Part shown: positions 27,269 through 37,641 of the stretch, piece by piece
How the letters are laid out: each line of letters starts with the position of its first letter
How positions within the stretch are numbered: position 1 is the first letter of the stretch
DNA from: Myxococcales bacterium
GTDB lineage: Bacteria > Myxococcota_A > Polyangia > Palsa-1104 > SHYY01
Direction of reading: 5' to 3'
Assembly: GCA_009692555.1 (NCBI GenBank)
Contig: SHYY01000002.1
Span: 19,158-83,157 of the forward strand
Length of the DNA stretch: 64,000 nucleotides
Notes under the pieces: generated by a model
Seen by the model: only the letters and a program-made list of their open reading frames with translations
What the model was told of the DNA's origin: nothing
Databases searched by the model: none
Position numbers and translations under genes: made by a program

Positions 27269-28519
27269 ATGGGCCTGTCGCCGAGAGTGCTGGTGGTTGG
27301 GATGCTCCTCCTCGGCGCTTCTGCGCCCGTTTTGGCAAAGCCCGCCGGGACGGCGAAGGACGGAGGTCCCCTGGCGCAGGCCAAGGCCCATTTCCTGAAG
27401 GGGCGCGAGGCCTACGAGGCCGGCGACTACATCGCGGCGATCCGCGAGTTCCAGGCGGCGCAGGCGCTCTCGCCGTCGCCGCTGCTCGACTACAACATCG
27501 GGCTCGCGCAGGAGCAGTTCGGCGACCGGAAACAGGCGGTGGCGCACTACCGCGCCTACCTCGAGGCGAAGCCCGACGCGACCAACCGCCCCGACGTCGA
27601 GCAGCGCATCGCGGCGCTCGATCCGGCCCCGCCACCGACGGTCGATCCGGTGCCCGAGCCGCCCCCGGTGAGGCGGCCCGATCAACCGCAAAGGCCCCGG
27701 CCCGAGATCCAGTGTCCCGCCGGACAGACGGTCACCGAGGACACCGCCGACCACTGCTGCTGGGGCGGGCAGGTGTGGTCGAAGCGACGCGCGGCTTGCG
27801 CCGGGATCCCGCAGTGCCCGGCCGGGCTCCAGGTGAGCGGCGAGACCTGCATCAAGGCGGTGGCGCCGCTCCCGCCGCTCGACATGGATCCGTGGGCGAT
27901 CACGCCCACTCCGCGGGCCGGCCCGCCGCCGCCGACCTACGCGCCTCGCCCGGTGGGAGCGCCCGGGACGGTGCAGGTGACCTTCACGCCGAAGCGCCGC
28001 GAGTTCATCTACGTGATCACCGCGGGCAAGCAGTCCTGCGCCACGCCCTGCTCGCTCTTCCTCAAGCCGGGCTCGGCGAAGATCGGGATCACCGGGGCCG
28101 GGGAGTTCAGCGCTCGCTTCACCGTCCCGACCACAGCGACGGTGGTGGAGGTGCAGCACCGCCGGATCGGATCGCTCGTCGCCGGGTCGATCCTGGTGTT
28201 CTTCGGCACCGTGGCGGCGATCTCGGGAACCGTGCTCGTCGCGCCCGGCCCGAGCAAGAGCTGCAGCGATCCGCCGGACTGCAGCACCGAGGTCAACAAC
28301 CCGAACTTCGCCTACGGGGTGGTGGCGTTCCTCGCATCGGCGGTGCTGCTCCCGATCGGGATCCCGACGATGTCGAAGATGGACGCGAACGAGATCTCGC
28401 TCCACAGCGGCACCACGGCCCGTGCGCCCGATCCGGGCCCGGGCAACGTTCGTCTCATCGGTGCGGGGCTCGGCGCCTGGCAGGGCGGCGCGGGCGCAAG
28501 CCTCCGCTTCGCCTTCTAG
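27269..28519 (+). CDS. secreted TPR-containing protein with Cys-rich middle, PEGA-like segment and C-terminal TM segments
   Basis: Start ATG 27269 (MGLSPRVLVVGMLLLGASAPVLA). TPR-like YEAGDYIAAIREFQAAQAL...AVAHYRAYL. Confidence 0.75.
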   Translation: MGLSPRVLVVGMLLLGASAPVLAKPAGTAKDGGPLAQAKAHFLKGREAYEAGDYIAAIREFQAAQALSPSPLLDYNIGLAQEQFGDRKQAVAHYRAYLEAKPDATNRPDVEQRIAALDPAPPPTVDPVPEPPPVRRPDQPQRPRPEIQCPAGQTVTEDTADHCCWGGQVWSKRRAACAGIPQCPAGLQVSGETCIKAVAPLPPLDMDPWAITPTPRAGPPPPTYAPRPVGAPGTVQVTFTPKRREFIYVITAGKQSCATPCSLFLKPGSAKIGITGAGEFSARFTVPTTATVVEVQHRRIGSLVAGSILVFFGTVAAISGTVLVAPGPSKSCSDPPDCSTEVNNPNFAYGVVAFLASAVLLPIGIPTMSKMDANEISLHSGTTARAPDPGPGNVRLIGAGLGAWQGGAGASLRFAF

Positions 28520-28550
28520 AAAGGAACTCGCTGCGCTCATCCCTTTCTAG
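28516..28550 (+). terminator. stem-loop CTAGAAAGG-N17-CCTTTCTAG overlapping the stop codon of the upstream gene
   Basis: Perfect 9-bp stem. No U-tract, so intrinsic-terminator function is uncertain. It has CTAG ends like the family C element. Confidence 0.35.
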
Positions 28551-28638
28551 CCATCTACAGAGGGCGTCCCGCCCTCCCCCATCGGCGGAGCCGCTGGGGT
28601 CCCCCTCCCGGCCCACGGCCGGACTTCCGGCCGGGGCG

Positions 28639-28747
28639 CCCGTGGCGCCCTGAAAGAGACCAGGTTCCATGCGCACGGCGATGGTCGGCGACCCCGACGG
28701 GCGCCCATCCCCCGTGGCGCCCTGAAAGAGACCAGGCTCCATCCGCA
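28639..28747. repeat. direct repeat of a 37-nt unit with 72-bp period (CCCGTGGCGCCCTGAAAGAGACCAGGyTCCATsCGCA)
   Basis: Copies at 28639-28675 and 28711-28747 differ at 2 positions. Intergenic, between convergent genes. Confidence 0.8.
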
Positions 28748-28787
28748 GCGGGTCGGCCGCAGGCCGGTGAGTAACTGATTCTGAGCC

Positions 28788-29327
28788 TCAGTCCTCGGAG
28801 ACTTCGATCGGCTCGTCGTCGAGCTCCTTGCCGATCGGCTCCTCGTCGTCGGCGACGCCGCCGCCACGCGGCTCGTCGTCGTCGCGCGGGGCGGGGCGGC
28901 GGCCACCGATGGGGTGCGGAGGCCGCTCGGTAGGCGCGGGCGCGACCTCGCGCACCGGGGCGACAAAGGTCTCCCACTTCGCCACCGCGCGGAGGGCGTC
29001 CTGGAGGCTGACACCCTTGGCGAGCATCGCGTTCAGCTGCGCTTTCGCCTCGGGGGTCAGGCGACGGGCGGGGACCACCGCGGGAGCCTCGGGATCGGCG
29101 GCCCCGCCAGCCTTCTTCGTCGGGGCTGCGGCGGGCTTCGCCTTTTGGGCAGGCGCGGGCGCGGGCGCCTCGTCGCCCTCCGGCTCCTCGGCCTCGGCGT
29201 CATCGCGCTCCTCGGGGGGCAGAGGCGGCGCAGCGGCCGATTTCTTCCTGGTCTTGCTCGCCTTGGCGACAGCTGGGCGCTCTGCGGTCGGGGCGGGCTT
29301 CTTCGGGGGACGCTTGGTGGTGGGCAT
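28788..29327 (-). CDS. hypothetical Lys/Pro/Ala-rich protein with acidic C-terminus
   Basis: 179-aa ORF with a basic AKP-rich N-terminus and a small globular segment (LTPEAKAQLNAMLAKGVSLQDALRAVAKWE). Low complexity lowers confidence. Confidence 0.5.
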   Translation of the reverse strand: MPTTKRPPKKPAPTAERPAVAKASKTRKKSAAAPPLPPEERDDAEAEEPEGDEAPAPAPAQKAKPAAAPTKKAGGAADPEAPAVVPARRLTPEAKAQLNAMLAKGVSLQDALRAVAKWETFVAPVREVAPAPTERPPHPIGGRRPAPRDDDEPRGGGVADDEEPIGKELDDEPIEVSED

Positions 29328-29393
29328 TCTGAGGATCTTCTAAGCAAGGTTGGCGCCGGGACGCAAGAGCGAAAATTCGGCTAGTCTTCCGGG

Positions 29394-29744
29394 ATGCCGC
29401 CGCCCTACCCGACCGACACCCGGGCGCTCCAGCGCGACACCGACGTGGAGACGTTCACCGCCGGGGGTCCGGGAGGGCAGCACCGCAACAAGACCGCCAA
29501 CGCGGTGCGCCTCCACCACCGCCCGAGCGGCCTCCGCGTGACGGGGACCGAGCGGCGCTCGCTGGTGGCGAACCTGCGCGCGGCCTTCGAGCGGCTGGAG
29601 CGCGCCCTGGCGAAGGCCAACCATGTTCCCGAGCCGCGCCGCGCCACCCGCGTCCCGCCGCGCGAGAAGCGCCACCGCACCGACGAGAAAACGCGCACCG
29701 GGGAGCGCAAACGCACGCGCACGCGGGTGGGGATGGAGGAGTGA
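29394..29744 (+). CDS. arfB: ArfB-like GGQ-domain peptidyl-tRNA hydrolase (alternative ribosome-rescue factor type)
   Basis: 116 aa. GGPGGQHRNKTANAVRL GGQ motif followed by a basic C-terminal tail (REKRHRTDEKTRTGERKRTRTR). Confidence 0.8.
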   Translation: MPPPYPTDTRALQRDTDVETFTAGGPGGQHRNKTANAVRLHHRPSGLRVTGTERRSLVANLRAAFERLERALAKANHVPEPRRATRVPPREKRHRTDEKTRTGERKRTRTRVGMEE

Positions 29745-29746
29745 CT

Positions 29747-30277
29747 CTAGAGCTTCCTCGCCCGGGCTTCGAGGAAGCGCGCGACGCCCTTCGCGGTCTC
29801 GGTCAGGTTCGGCCGGATCATCGCGCCCAGGAACTTCTCGACGGCGGGGGCGATCGTGCCGGCGAGGAAGCGCGGGATGGGCAGCTTCTTGCCGTCGATC
29901 TCGAGGTCGCCGAGGACCGCCAGCGTGCAGCCACCGTCGGCGACACGGAACTCGTTCCTGCCCTGGGCGTGCACCGCCTCCTTGAACGAGTGCGCCTCCA
30001 TCCGCCAGGCGCAAACCCAGGCCCCCTCGTCCCAGGTCGCGTTGTCGGTCCAGGTGAGCATCTTCTCCGACAGGACCGCGCGTGCCACCTTGGGGATATC
30101 GCCCCCGCCCTGCCACACGTTGACGATGTGCGCCACCAGGCCGTCGTCGCGCCGCGACTTCTCCTCGATGCCGCGGATGTTCGGCAGGAAGGGCACCAGC
30201 TCGACCAGGCGATCGCGGCAGGTGCGAAACACCACCTCCCGGGGAAAGGGCAGGAACGAATCGACATTCAGCTTCAC
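29747..30277 (-). CDS. hypothetical protein, possibly SRPBCC-fold
   Basis: 176 aa. The start overlaps the hisS stop (ATGA). The fold call is a guess. Confidence 0.6.
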   Translation of the reverse strand: MKLNVDSFLPFPREVVFRTCRDRLVELVPFLPNIRGIEEKSRRDDGLVAHIVNVWQGGGDIPKVARAVLSEKMLTWTDNATWDEGAWVCAWRMEAHSFKEAVHAQGRNEFRVADGGCTLAVLGDLEIDGKKLPIPRFLAGTIAPAVEKFLGAMIRPNLTETAKGVARFLEARARKL

Positions 30278-31596
30278 GACTTCACCTCCGTGGATACCGA
30301 CCTGGCGACCGCCTGCTTCACCGCGGCGGCGAGATCCGACAGCAGCACCTCGCGCTCCTCGGAGCGGGCGAGATCGCGTAGCTTCACCGCGCCGCGGGCG
30401 AGCTCGTCCGGCCCGGCGATCACCGCGCAGCGCACGCCCTCCCGCGCCGCTTTCTCGAGCTGCTTGCCGAGCTTCTTCGGCTCGAGCGGCGTCACCACGC
30501 GCAGGCCCGCCCGTCGGAGATCGTGGGCGATCTGCTTCACCGGGCCGCGCGCCGCGGGGTCGGGGGAGATCACCTGCACATCGGCCCCCACGCGCGCTGC
30601 GGGGGCAATCTGGTGGGTGTGCAGGAAGTCGATCAGCGTCACATCGCCCATCCCGAAGCCGATCCCGGGGATGCGCTGCTTGCCGAACAGACCGACCAGG
30701 TTGTCGTAGCGCCCGCCCCCGGCGATCGAGCGGCGGTTCTCGGGATCGGTGTCGAAGATCTCGAACACCGACGAGGTGTAGTAGGTGAAGCCGCGGATGA
30801 TCAGCGGATCGAACTTGAGCTGCACCGGCTGCGACGTGACGAGTCCCTCGCGGATCACCCGGGCGACGTTCGATCGCAGGGCGACCTCCGTCGGTGCGAG
30901 CTTGAGGAACTCGTCCTCTGGCGCGGTGATCGTCGCCACCACCCGCTCCGCGTCGAGGCCGAGCGCGGTGATGATCTTCTTCGACTCCTCGACCGGCAGC
31001 TTCTCGAACTGATCGAGCGCGCCGAACAGCGCGTCCAGCTTCTCCTCGGGCACGCCGCCGTTTGCGGTCAGCGCACCGCGGACCAGCGCGCGATCGGAGA
31101 CGCGAAGAACGAAGTCGGACGTCTTCGCACCGACGGAGAACATCATCTCGGCGAGGATCTCGAAGATCTCCGCCTCGGCCTCCCAGGACTCCGTGCCGAA
31201 GAGATCGACATTGACCTGCCAGTGCTCACGGTAGCGCCCGCGCTGCTTGCGCTCGTAGCGCCACAGGTTGGGGTGCGAGTACCAGCGCGCGGGGAGCTGG
31301 AGCTTGCCTGCGCACGCGGCGATCATCCGCGCCACCGACGGGGTCATCTCCGGGCGCATCACCAGATCGCGCCCCCCGCGATCGGTCATCCGGTAGGTCT
31401 GCTGGGCGACGATCTCCTCGCTCGACTTGGACGCGTAGAGCTCGAACGGCTCGAGCATCGGCGCGTCGTAGCGCAGGTAGCCATACGACTCGACGACCTC
31501 GTACAGGTGCGCGAACACCAGCTGGCGGACCGACATCTCCTCGGGAAAAAAATCGCGCGTGCCGGGGAGGGGACCGGTGGGAAGAAATTGGGTCAT
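30274..31596 (-). CDS. hisS: histidine--tRNA ligase
   Basis: Start ATG 31596 (MTQFLPTGPLPGTRDF). MRPEMT, WRYERKQRGRYREHWQ, AGGGRYDNL. Overlaps the serS stop by 4 nt. Confidence 0.95.
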   Translation of the reverse strand: MTQFLPTGPLPGTRDFFPEEMSVRQLVFAHLYEVVESYGYLRYDAPMLEPFELYASKSSEEIVAQQTYRMTDRGGRDLVMRPEMTPSVARMIAACAGKLQLPARWYSHPNLWRYERKQRGRYREHWQVNVDLFGTESWEAEAEIFEILAEMMFSVGAKTSDFVLRVSDRALVRGALTANGGVPEEKLDALFGALDQFEKLPVEESKKIITALGLDAERVVATITAPEDEFLKLAPTEVALRSNVARVIREGLVTSQPVQLKFDPLIIRGFTYYTSSVFEIFDTDPENRRSIAGGGRYDNLVGLFGKQRIPGIGFGMGDVTLIDFLHTHQIAPAARVGADVQVISPDPAARGPVKQIAHDLRRAGLRVVTPLEPKKLGKQLEKAAREGVRCAVIAGPDELARGAVKLRDLARSEEREVLLSDLAAAVKQAVARSVSTEVKS

Positions 31597-32867
31597 TTTT
31601 TTGGGACGAGCCGATCGCGGCCGCCCATCCAGTAGCGGAGCGGCTCCGGGATCACCACCGAGCCGTCGGCTTCCTGGAAATTCTCCAGGATCGGGATCAG
31701 GATTCGCGGCGAGGCGATCGCGGTGTTGTTGAGGGTGTGGCAGTAGCGGACCTTCTCGTGCGCGTCGCGCCAGCGGATCATCGAGCGGCGGGCCTGGAAC
31801 TCGTGCAGCGTCGAGCAGGAGTGCGTCTCGCAGTACTTTCCGCGGCTCGGCATCCACGACTCGATCTCGTGCTTCAGCACCTGCCCCTGCCCCATCTCGC
31901 CGGTGCAGGCGAGCGCCACCCGGTGCGGGATATTGAGCGCGCGCAAGATCTCCTCGGCGTTCCCGAGGAGCCCGAGGTGCTCGCGCGCCGACACCGCCGG
32001 ATCGCTGGCGCACACCACCACCTGCTCGATCTTCTGGAACTGGTAGACCCGGTACAGGCCGCGCGTGTCCTTGCCCGCCGCGCCCGCCTCGCGCCGGAAG
32101 CAGGGCGAGATGCCGACGTAGCGCTTCGGGAGGTCCTTCTCGTCGAGGATCTGCTCGCGGTGCAGCGACACCAGGCCGACCTCGCTGGTGCCGACGAGGT
32201 AGAGAGAGTCCTGCTCGATCGCGAAGGTGTCCTCGCGCCCGAGCGGGAAGAAGCCGGTGCCGAGCATGGCCTGCTCGCGCACCATCACCGGCGGCGCGAC
32301 GGCGGTGAAGCCCTTCGACACGACGTGGTTCAGGGCAAAGTTCAGCACCGCCATCTCGAGCAGCACGCCGTCGCCGGTGAGCGCGTAGCTGCGGCTGCCG
32401 GCGAACTTGCGCGGCCCCTCGAAGTCGACCAGGCCGAGGGCGAGCGCCAGCTCGACGTGATCTTTCGCAGTGAAATCGAACGTGCGGGGCTCGCCGAAGC
32501 GCCGGACCTCCCGGTTGTCATCGTCGGTGACGCCGTCGGGCACCTCTTGGGAGGGCACGCTCGGCACGAGCAGCATCAGGCGATCGAACTCGGCCTGGCT
32601 CTCGGCGAGCCTGGCTTCGAGCGCCGCGATCGTGTCCCGCAGGCCCTTGGCTTCCGCCACCGCCGGTGCCTTCTCGGCGGGCGGCAGCTTGGGGATCGCG
32701 GCCGACAGCTCGTTCCGACGCTGGCGAGCGCCGTCGGTGTCCCGGATCGCGGCGCGGCGATCGGCGTCCACCGCGAGCAGGCGGTCGATGTCCACGTCGA
32801 GCCGCTTGCGCAGGACGGCGCTCTTGACCTCCGCGGCGTGCGTGCGGATGAACTCGATATCGAGCAT
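31593..32867 (-). CDS. serS: serine--tRNA ligase
   Basis: Start ATG 32867 (MLDIEFIR). CFRREAGAAGKDTRGLYRVYQFQKIE and TLNNTAIASPR class-II motifs. Confidence 0.95.
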   Translation of the reverse strand: MLDIEFIRTHAAEVKSAVLRKRLDVDIDRLLAVDADRRAAIRDTDGARQRRNELSAAIPKLPPAEKAPAVAEAKGLRDTIAALEARLAESQAEFDRLMLLVPSVPSQEVPDGVTDDDNREVRRFGEPRTFDFTAKDHVELALALGLVDFEGPRKFAGSRSYALTGDGVLLEMAVLNFALNHVVSKGFTAVAPPVMVREQAMLGTGFFPLGREDTFAIEQDSLYLVGTSEVGLVSLHREQILDEKDLPKRYVGISPCFRREAGAAGKDTRGLYRVYQFQKIEQVVVCASDPAVSAREHLGLLGNAEEILRALNIPHRVALACTGEMGQGQVLKHEIESWMPSRGKYCETHSCSTLHEFQARRSMIRWRDAHEKVRYCHTLNNTAIASPRILIPILENFQEADGSVVIPEPLRYWMGGRDRLVPKK

Positions 32868-32917
32868 GAAGGGGCTCCCGGGAGAGTGGCGAGTGGCTGA
32901 TGATCGCAAAGCGATCG

Positions 32918-33367
32918 TCAGGGCGTGGTGGCGCAGTTCGCCGCGACGTCGCAGCTGCTGGCGCAGGTCTTGGCGCCGTTGCACTTCAGGCCGCAGCCCT
33001 TGGTGCAGCCGGTGACCTTGCAGACCGGGGTGGTGGCGCAGGTCAGCCCGCAGCTGTTCCCCGGGCAGTCGATGGTGCAGGAGGCCGCGCCGTTGCAGAC
33101 CGAGGCGCAGTTGCCGCCGCCGCAGGTCAAGGTGCAGGTGGCGCCGCCCGAGCAGGAGAGCGCGCAGCTGCCGCCGGGGCAGGAGAAGGAGCAGGTGCCG
33201 GAGGTACAGGCGAAGCTGCAGCTCGCGCCGTCGCCGCCGCACACCAGGTCGCAGCTCCCGGCGGCGCAGGCGCACGAGGAGCCGACGCACGTTCCGCTGC
33301 TGCCGCCGCAGCCGGCGACGACGAGGCCGGCCGAGAAGAGCGCGAGGATAAACGTGAACCTGTGCAT
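32918..33367 (-). CDS. Cys/Gly/Ser-rich repeat lipoprotein (about 12 tandem xGGxxCxxxC units)
   Basis: Start ATG 33367 (MHRFTFILALFSAGLVVAGC lipobox). Then GSCDLVC GGDGASCSFAC TSGTCSFSC PGGSCALSC SGGATCTLTC GGGNCASVC ... Confidence 0.75.
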   Translation of the reverse strand: MHRFTFILALFSAGLVVAGCGGSSGTCVGSSCACAAGSCDLVCGGDGASCSFACTSGTCSFSCPGGSCALSCSGGATCTLTCGGGNCASVCNGAASCTIDCPGNSCGLTCATTPVCKVTGCTKGCGLKCNGAKTCASSCDVAANCATTP

Positions 33368-33503
33368 CGCTGCCTCCATGGGATTGCCCTGAGCCCGTCG
33401 CAGGGCGCAGGGCGCAGGCGATTGTGCGGCAGGCGGAGCGATTTGTAAAAAGCTTCTCACCCCGAGGGCGGCGCGGTCCGGGCTCCCCCGGCGGCGATCG
33501 GCC

Positions 33504-34421
33504 TTACTTCTCCGGGCAGCCCACCGACGAGCTGTGGCGGCTGCCCCACCCGTTCTTGTCCTCGCGGCTCTGGCGCGCCCGATCGGGGCCGATCGCGCCG
33601 CCGAGATCCCGCTCGAACCCGTCGCCCATGCCGGTGAGGAAGCGCATCAACCGCTCGACCGGCGAGCGCGGGTCGATCTGCACCGGGACCAGGCCGGCGC
33701 GCTCCTGGGAGAGCCGCTGGAACACCAGCTTCACCTCCTTCTCGGGCGACTTGTCGAGGATCTCCTCCTGCAGCACACGCGGGTTCAAGGTCTCGGCGCC
33801 CGCCGCGTCGCCCGTGACGTCGACGTAGATCTTCTTCAGCTCGGCGACGGCACGCGCGTTCCACTCGCTGCTCACGCGGTTGAACTCCCCGCGTTCGCCC
33901 TCGGCGAGCCCGAGCTCGGCGGCACGCTCCGGCGCGAGCGTCCAGGGGTTCGCCCCGATCCCCGGCATGTCCCACTTCAGCTCGCAGTTCTTCGCCATCG
34001 CTCCCAGCTCCTCCTTCGTGGGCGCGAAGAAGGGGGAGTCGCCCGGCTTCCGCGTCTCGCCAGGACGCTTCGCCCCGTCGCTGCTGTGCTCCACTTCGAT
34101 GCGCTCCAGGCGGGTCCTGAGCGCCGCCAGCTCCGCGCGCTGGACGCGATCGCGGCCGAGCAGCTCCTCGCGCGTCGCCTCCGGGGCCGGCACCTCGGCC
34201 CATGACGGCGAATGCGACGCCTCCGCGACCGAGGGGCGCCGCGCTGCGCTCGCCGCCTCCGGAGCGAAGCCGGCCCGCGCCCGCGCCTGCTCCCCCGCCG
34301 CGATCGCGGTACGCCCGCGCTCGTTGGCGAGCAGCACCCTGCCCTCCGACACCGTGACGAGCACCGTCGCTGCCAGCGCCGCTCCGACCGCGGCGCCGAT
34401 GATTCCCTGCTGGTTGATCAT
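33504..34421 (-). CDS. hypothetical membrane-anchored protein with FecR-like N-terminal strand motifs
   Basis: ATG 34421 has a GGAGGT 9 nt upstream. The ORF is open to GTG 34529, and that extension encodes VEVTGTCFRVEV, so the start is uncertain. Confidence 0.6.
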   Translation of the reverse strand: MINQQGIIGAAVGAALAATVLVTVSEGRVLLANERGRTAIAAGEQARARAGFAPEAASAARRPSVAEASHSPSWAEVPAPEATREELLGRDRVQRAELAALRTRLERIEVEHSSDGAKRPGETRKPGDSPFFAPTKEELGAMAKNCELKWDMPGIGANPWTLAPERAAELGLAEGERGEFNRVSSEWNARAVAELKKIYVDVTGDAAGAETLNPRVLQEEILDKSPEKEVKLVFQRLSQERAGLVPVQIDPRSPVERLMRFLTGMGDGFERDLGGAIGPDRARQSREDKNGWGSRHSSSVGCPEK

Positions 34422-34645
34422 GGACACTACCTCCACGCGAAAACAGGTCCCGGTCACCTCCACGTCGCCCTGATCCAGCTCGCTCGGGGGCATGCGGGGC
34501 CTCGGCTCCATGGCGACAGCTACACTCACAGAGCGTTACACGGGAGGGCGGGCAAAACGTTCCCGAAAAAACGACGGGGCGAGCGGGACCTCACTCGCCG
34601 CGCCTGCGTGGCCAGGCGGTGCGGTCGCTACTCGGAGCGGGATGC

Positions 34646-36319
<1,674 letters not shown>

Positions 36320-36533
36320 GGGGGAGGGTGTTTAGCACGCGGCGCGGCGCTTGGGATCGATGGCGGTGGCGACGATCGCGGGGTCGACCGGGGCCGGCGC
36401 GCGGGCTTCGCGTCGGCCGGGGACTGATCGGCAGCTTGAATTTCCTGCGAGCACAAGATCGGGTACACCATCCTGCGCCATGCCGCGTTCGACTAGCGCT
36501 AGCTCTTCCTGCTCGCTCCGGCTGCGAACGCCC

Positions 36534-36776
36534 TCAACGCCGTCGCAAGGCCTGGAGCCGGCGCCCGTTGCGCAGGCGGCGTGCGTAGGCGATGCGGCTG
36601 GCCGGGGTGGGATAGCGCCGTGTGAACCAGGCGATGAGCGACAGCTTCTCCGCCCGCGCCTCGTCGCTGAGCTCGTCGGCGACGCGGGCCTGGAACTCCT
36701 CCGCGGTGAGCGCGCGCTCGTAGATCGCGCGGGCCGCCTCGCGAAGCCGCTCGGCCTCCACCCTCTTGTCGCTCAC
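36534..36776 (-). CDS. small helical hypothetical protein (80 aa), partner of the upstream nucleotidyltransferase-fold gene
   Basis: GTG 36776 overlaps the upstream TGA (GTGA). Only the last 80 codons of the 113-aa track ORF are used. Confidence 0.5.
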   Translation of the reverse strand: MSDKRVEAERLREAARAIYERALTAEEFQARVADELSDEARAEKLSLIAWFTRRYPTPASRIAYARRLRNGRRLQALRRR

Positions 36777-37249
36777 GGCTTCGGCCGGTCGCGCAGCAGC
36801 GTGAGGTAGGCGACGTCTTCGGCGTCCTTGGCGCGCGCCGCGAACATCTTCGTGGCGATCAGATCGTCGATGCACGGCAGCGCGACGAAGATGCCCGCCC
36901 CGACGTCGACCAGCACCCGCCGGACCCAGACGTCATCGAAGGCGATCCTCCGCCCATCGATCGTCGGCACCACCCGCGCGACCAGCACGTCGACGCGCAG
37001 GTCGTTCTCGAGCACATAGCGCCCGGTCTTTCGCGCCTCCTCGGGCGAGCGGTTGGGAAAGAGGCCGATCGGCTCGAGGGCGCGGTTCAACGCCGCGGCG
37101 TCGTCGATGTGGATCCAGAAGTCGTAATCGAAGCTGAAGACCGGCGAGCCGAGGAGGATCACCGCCTGACGACCGATGAGAACCGCCCGCGCGCCGGACT
37201 GCGCGACGGCGCGGAACATCTCCTCCTCTTCGGCGGGCGATCCCTGCAT
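36773..37249 (-). CDS. pol-beta-superfamily nucleotidyltransferase-fold protein
   Basis: 158 aa. GRQAVILLG...FSFDYDFWI fits the G-x-A...[ST]xDxD pattern of minimal NTases. Confidence 0.6.
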   Translation of the reverse strand: MQGSPAEEEEMFRAVAQSGARAVLIGRQAVILLGSPVFSFDYDFWIHIDDAAALNRALEPIGLFPNRSPEEARKTGRYVLENDLRVDVLVARVVPTIDGRRIAFDDVWVRRVLVDVGAGIFVALPCIDDLIATKMFAARAKDAEDVAYLTLLRDRPKP

Positions 37250-37641
37250 CGCAGCGCGAGATTAGGCCGGTCAGGACATCACTGGCAAGGCTCGCCGACC
37301 TCCGTCGGTGATCCTCAAGCTGAACCTGCCGATCCCACCCGGATGTCCTGCGGATGGCGCTGCTCTGGCGGCGCCCAGCTCGCCCCTTCGCCACCGACGG
37401 TGCCTGCGGGAGCTGCGGGAGCCGCTTCGGCGTCACTGCAATTCCAGCACATGCCCGTAGTCGGGGGGTCCGTGGCTTCGACAGGAGCCTCTCCATCACT
37501 CCTCCACCCCGGGGAGTGCAGCGCGTGGAATAACGTTCCATGACGAACCGGGGCCCGGCTCCACGGGCGTCCGACCGGCCGCCGGATTGAGCGCCACCGT
37601 CGACGGGACGCTCGGGCTGGTCCGCCGTCGCTGATTCCGGA

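Noticed and set aside
37250-37641. 390-bp gap between the NTase gene and the ACAD gene as a missed gene or ncRNA
   Set aside because: Neither strand gives a convincing ORF (only Arg/Pro-rich shadow translations). I recognised no known RNA motif. It may be a decayed gene but cannot be supported.
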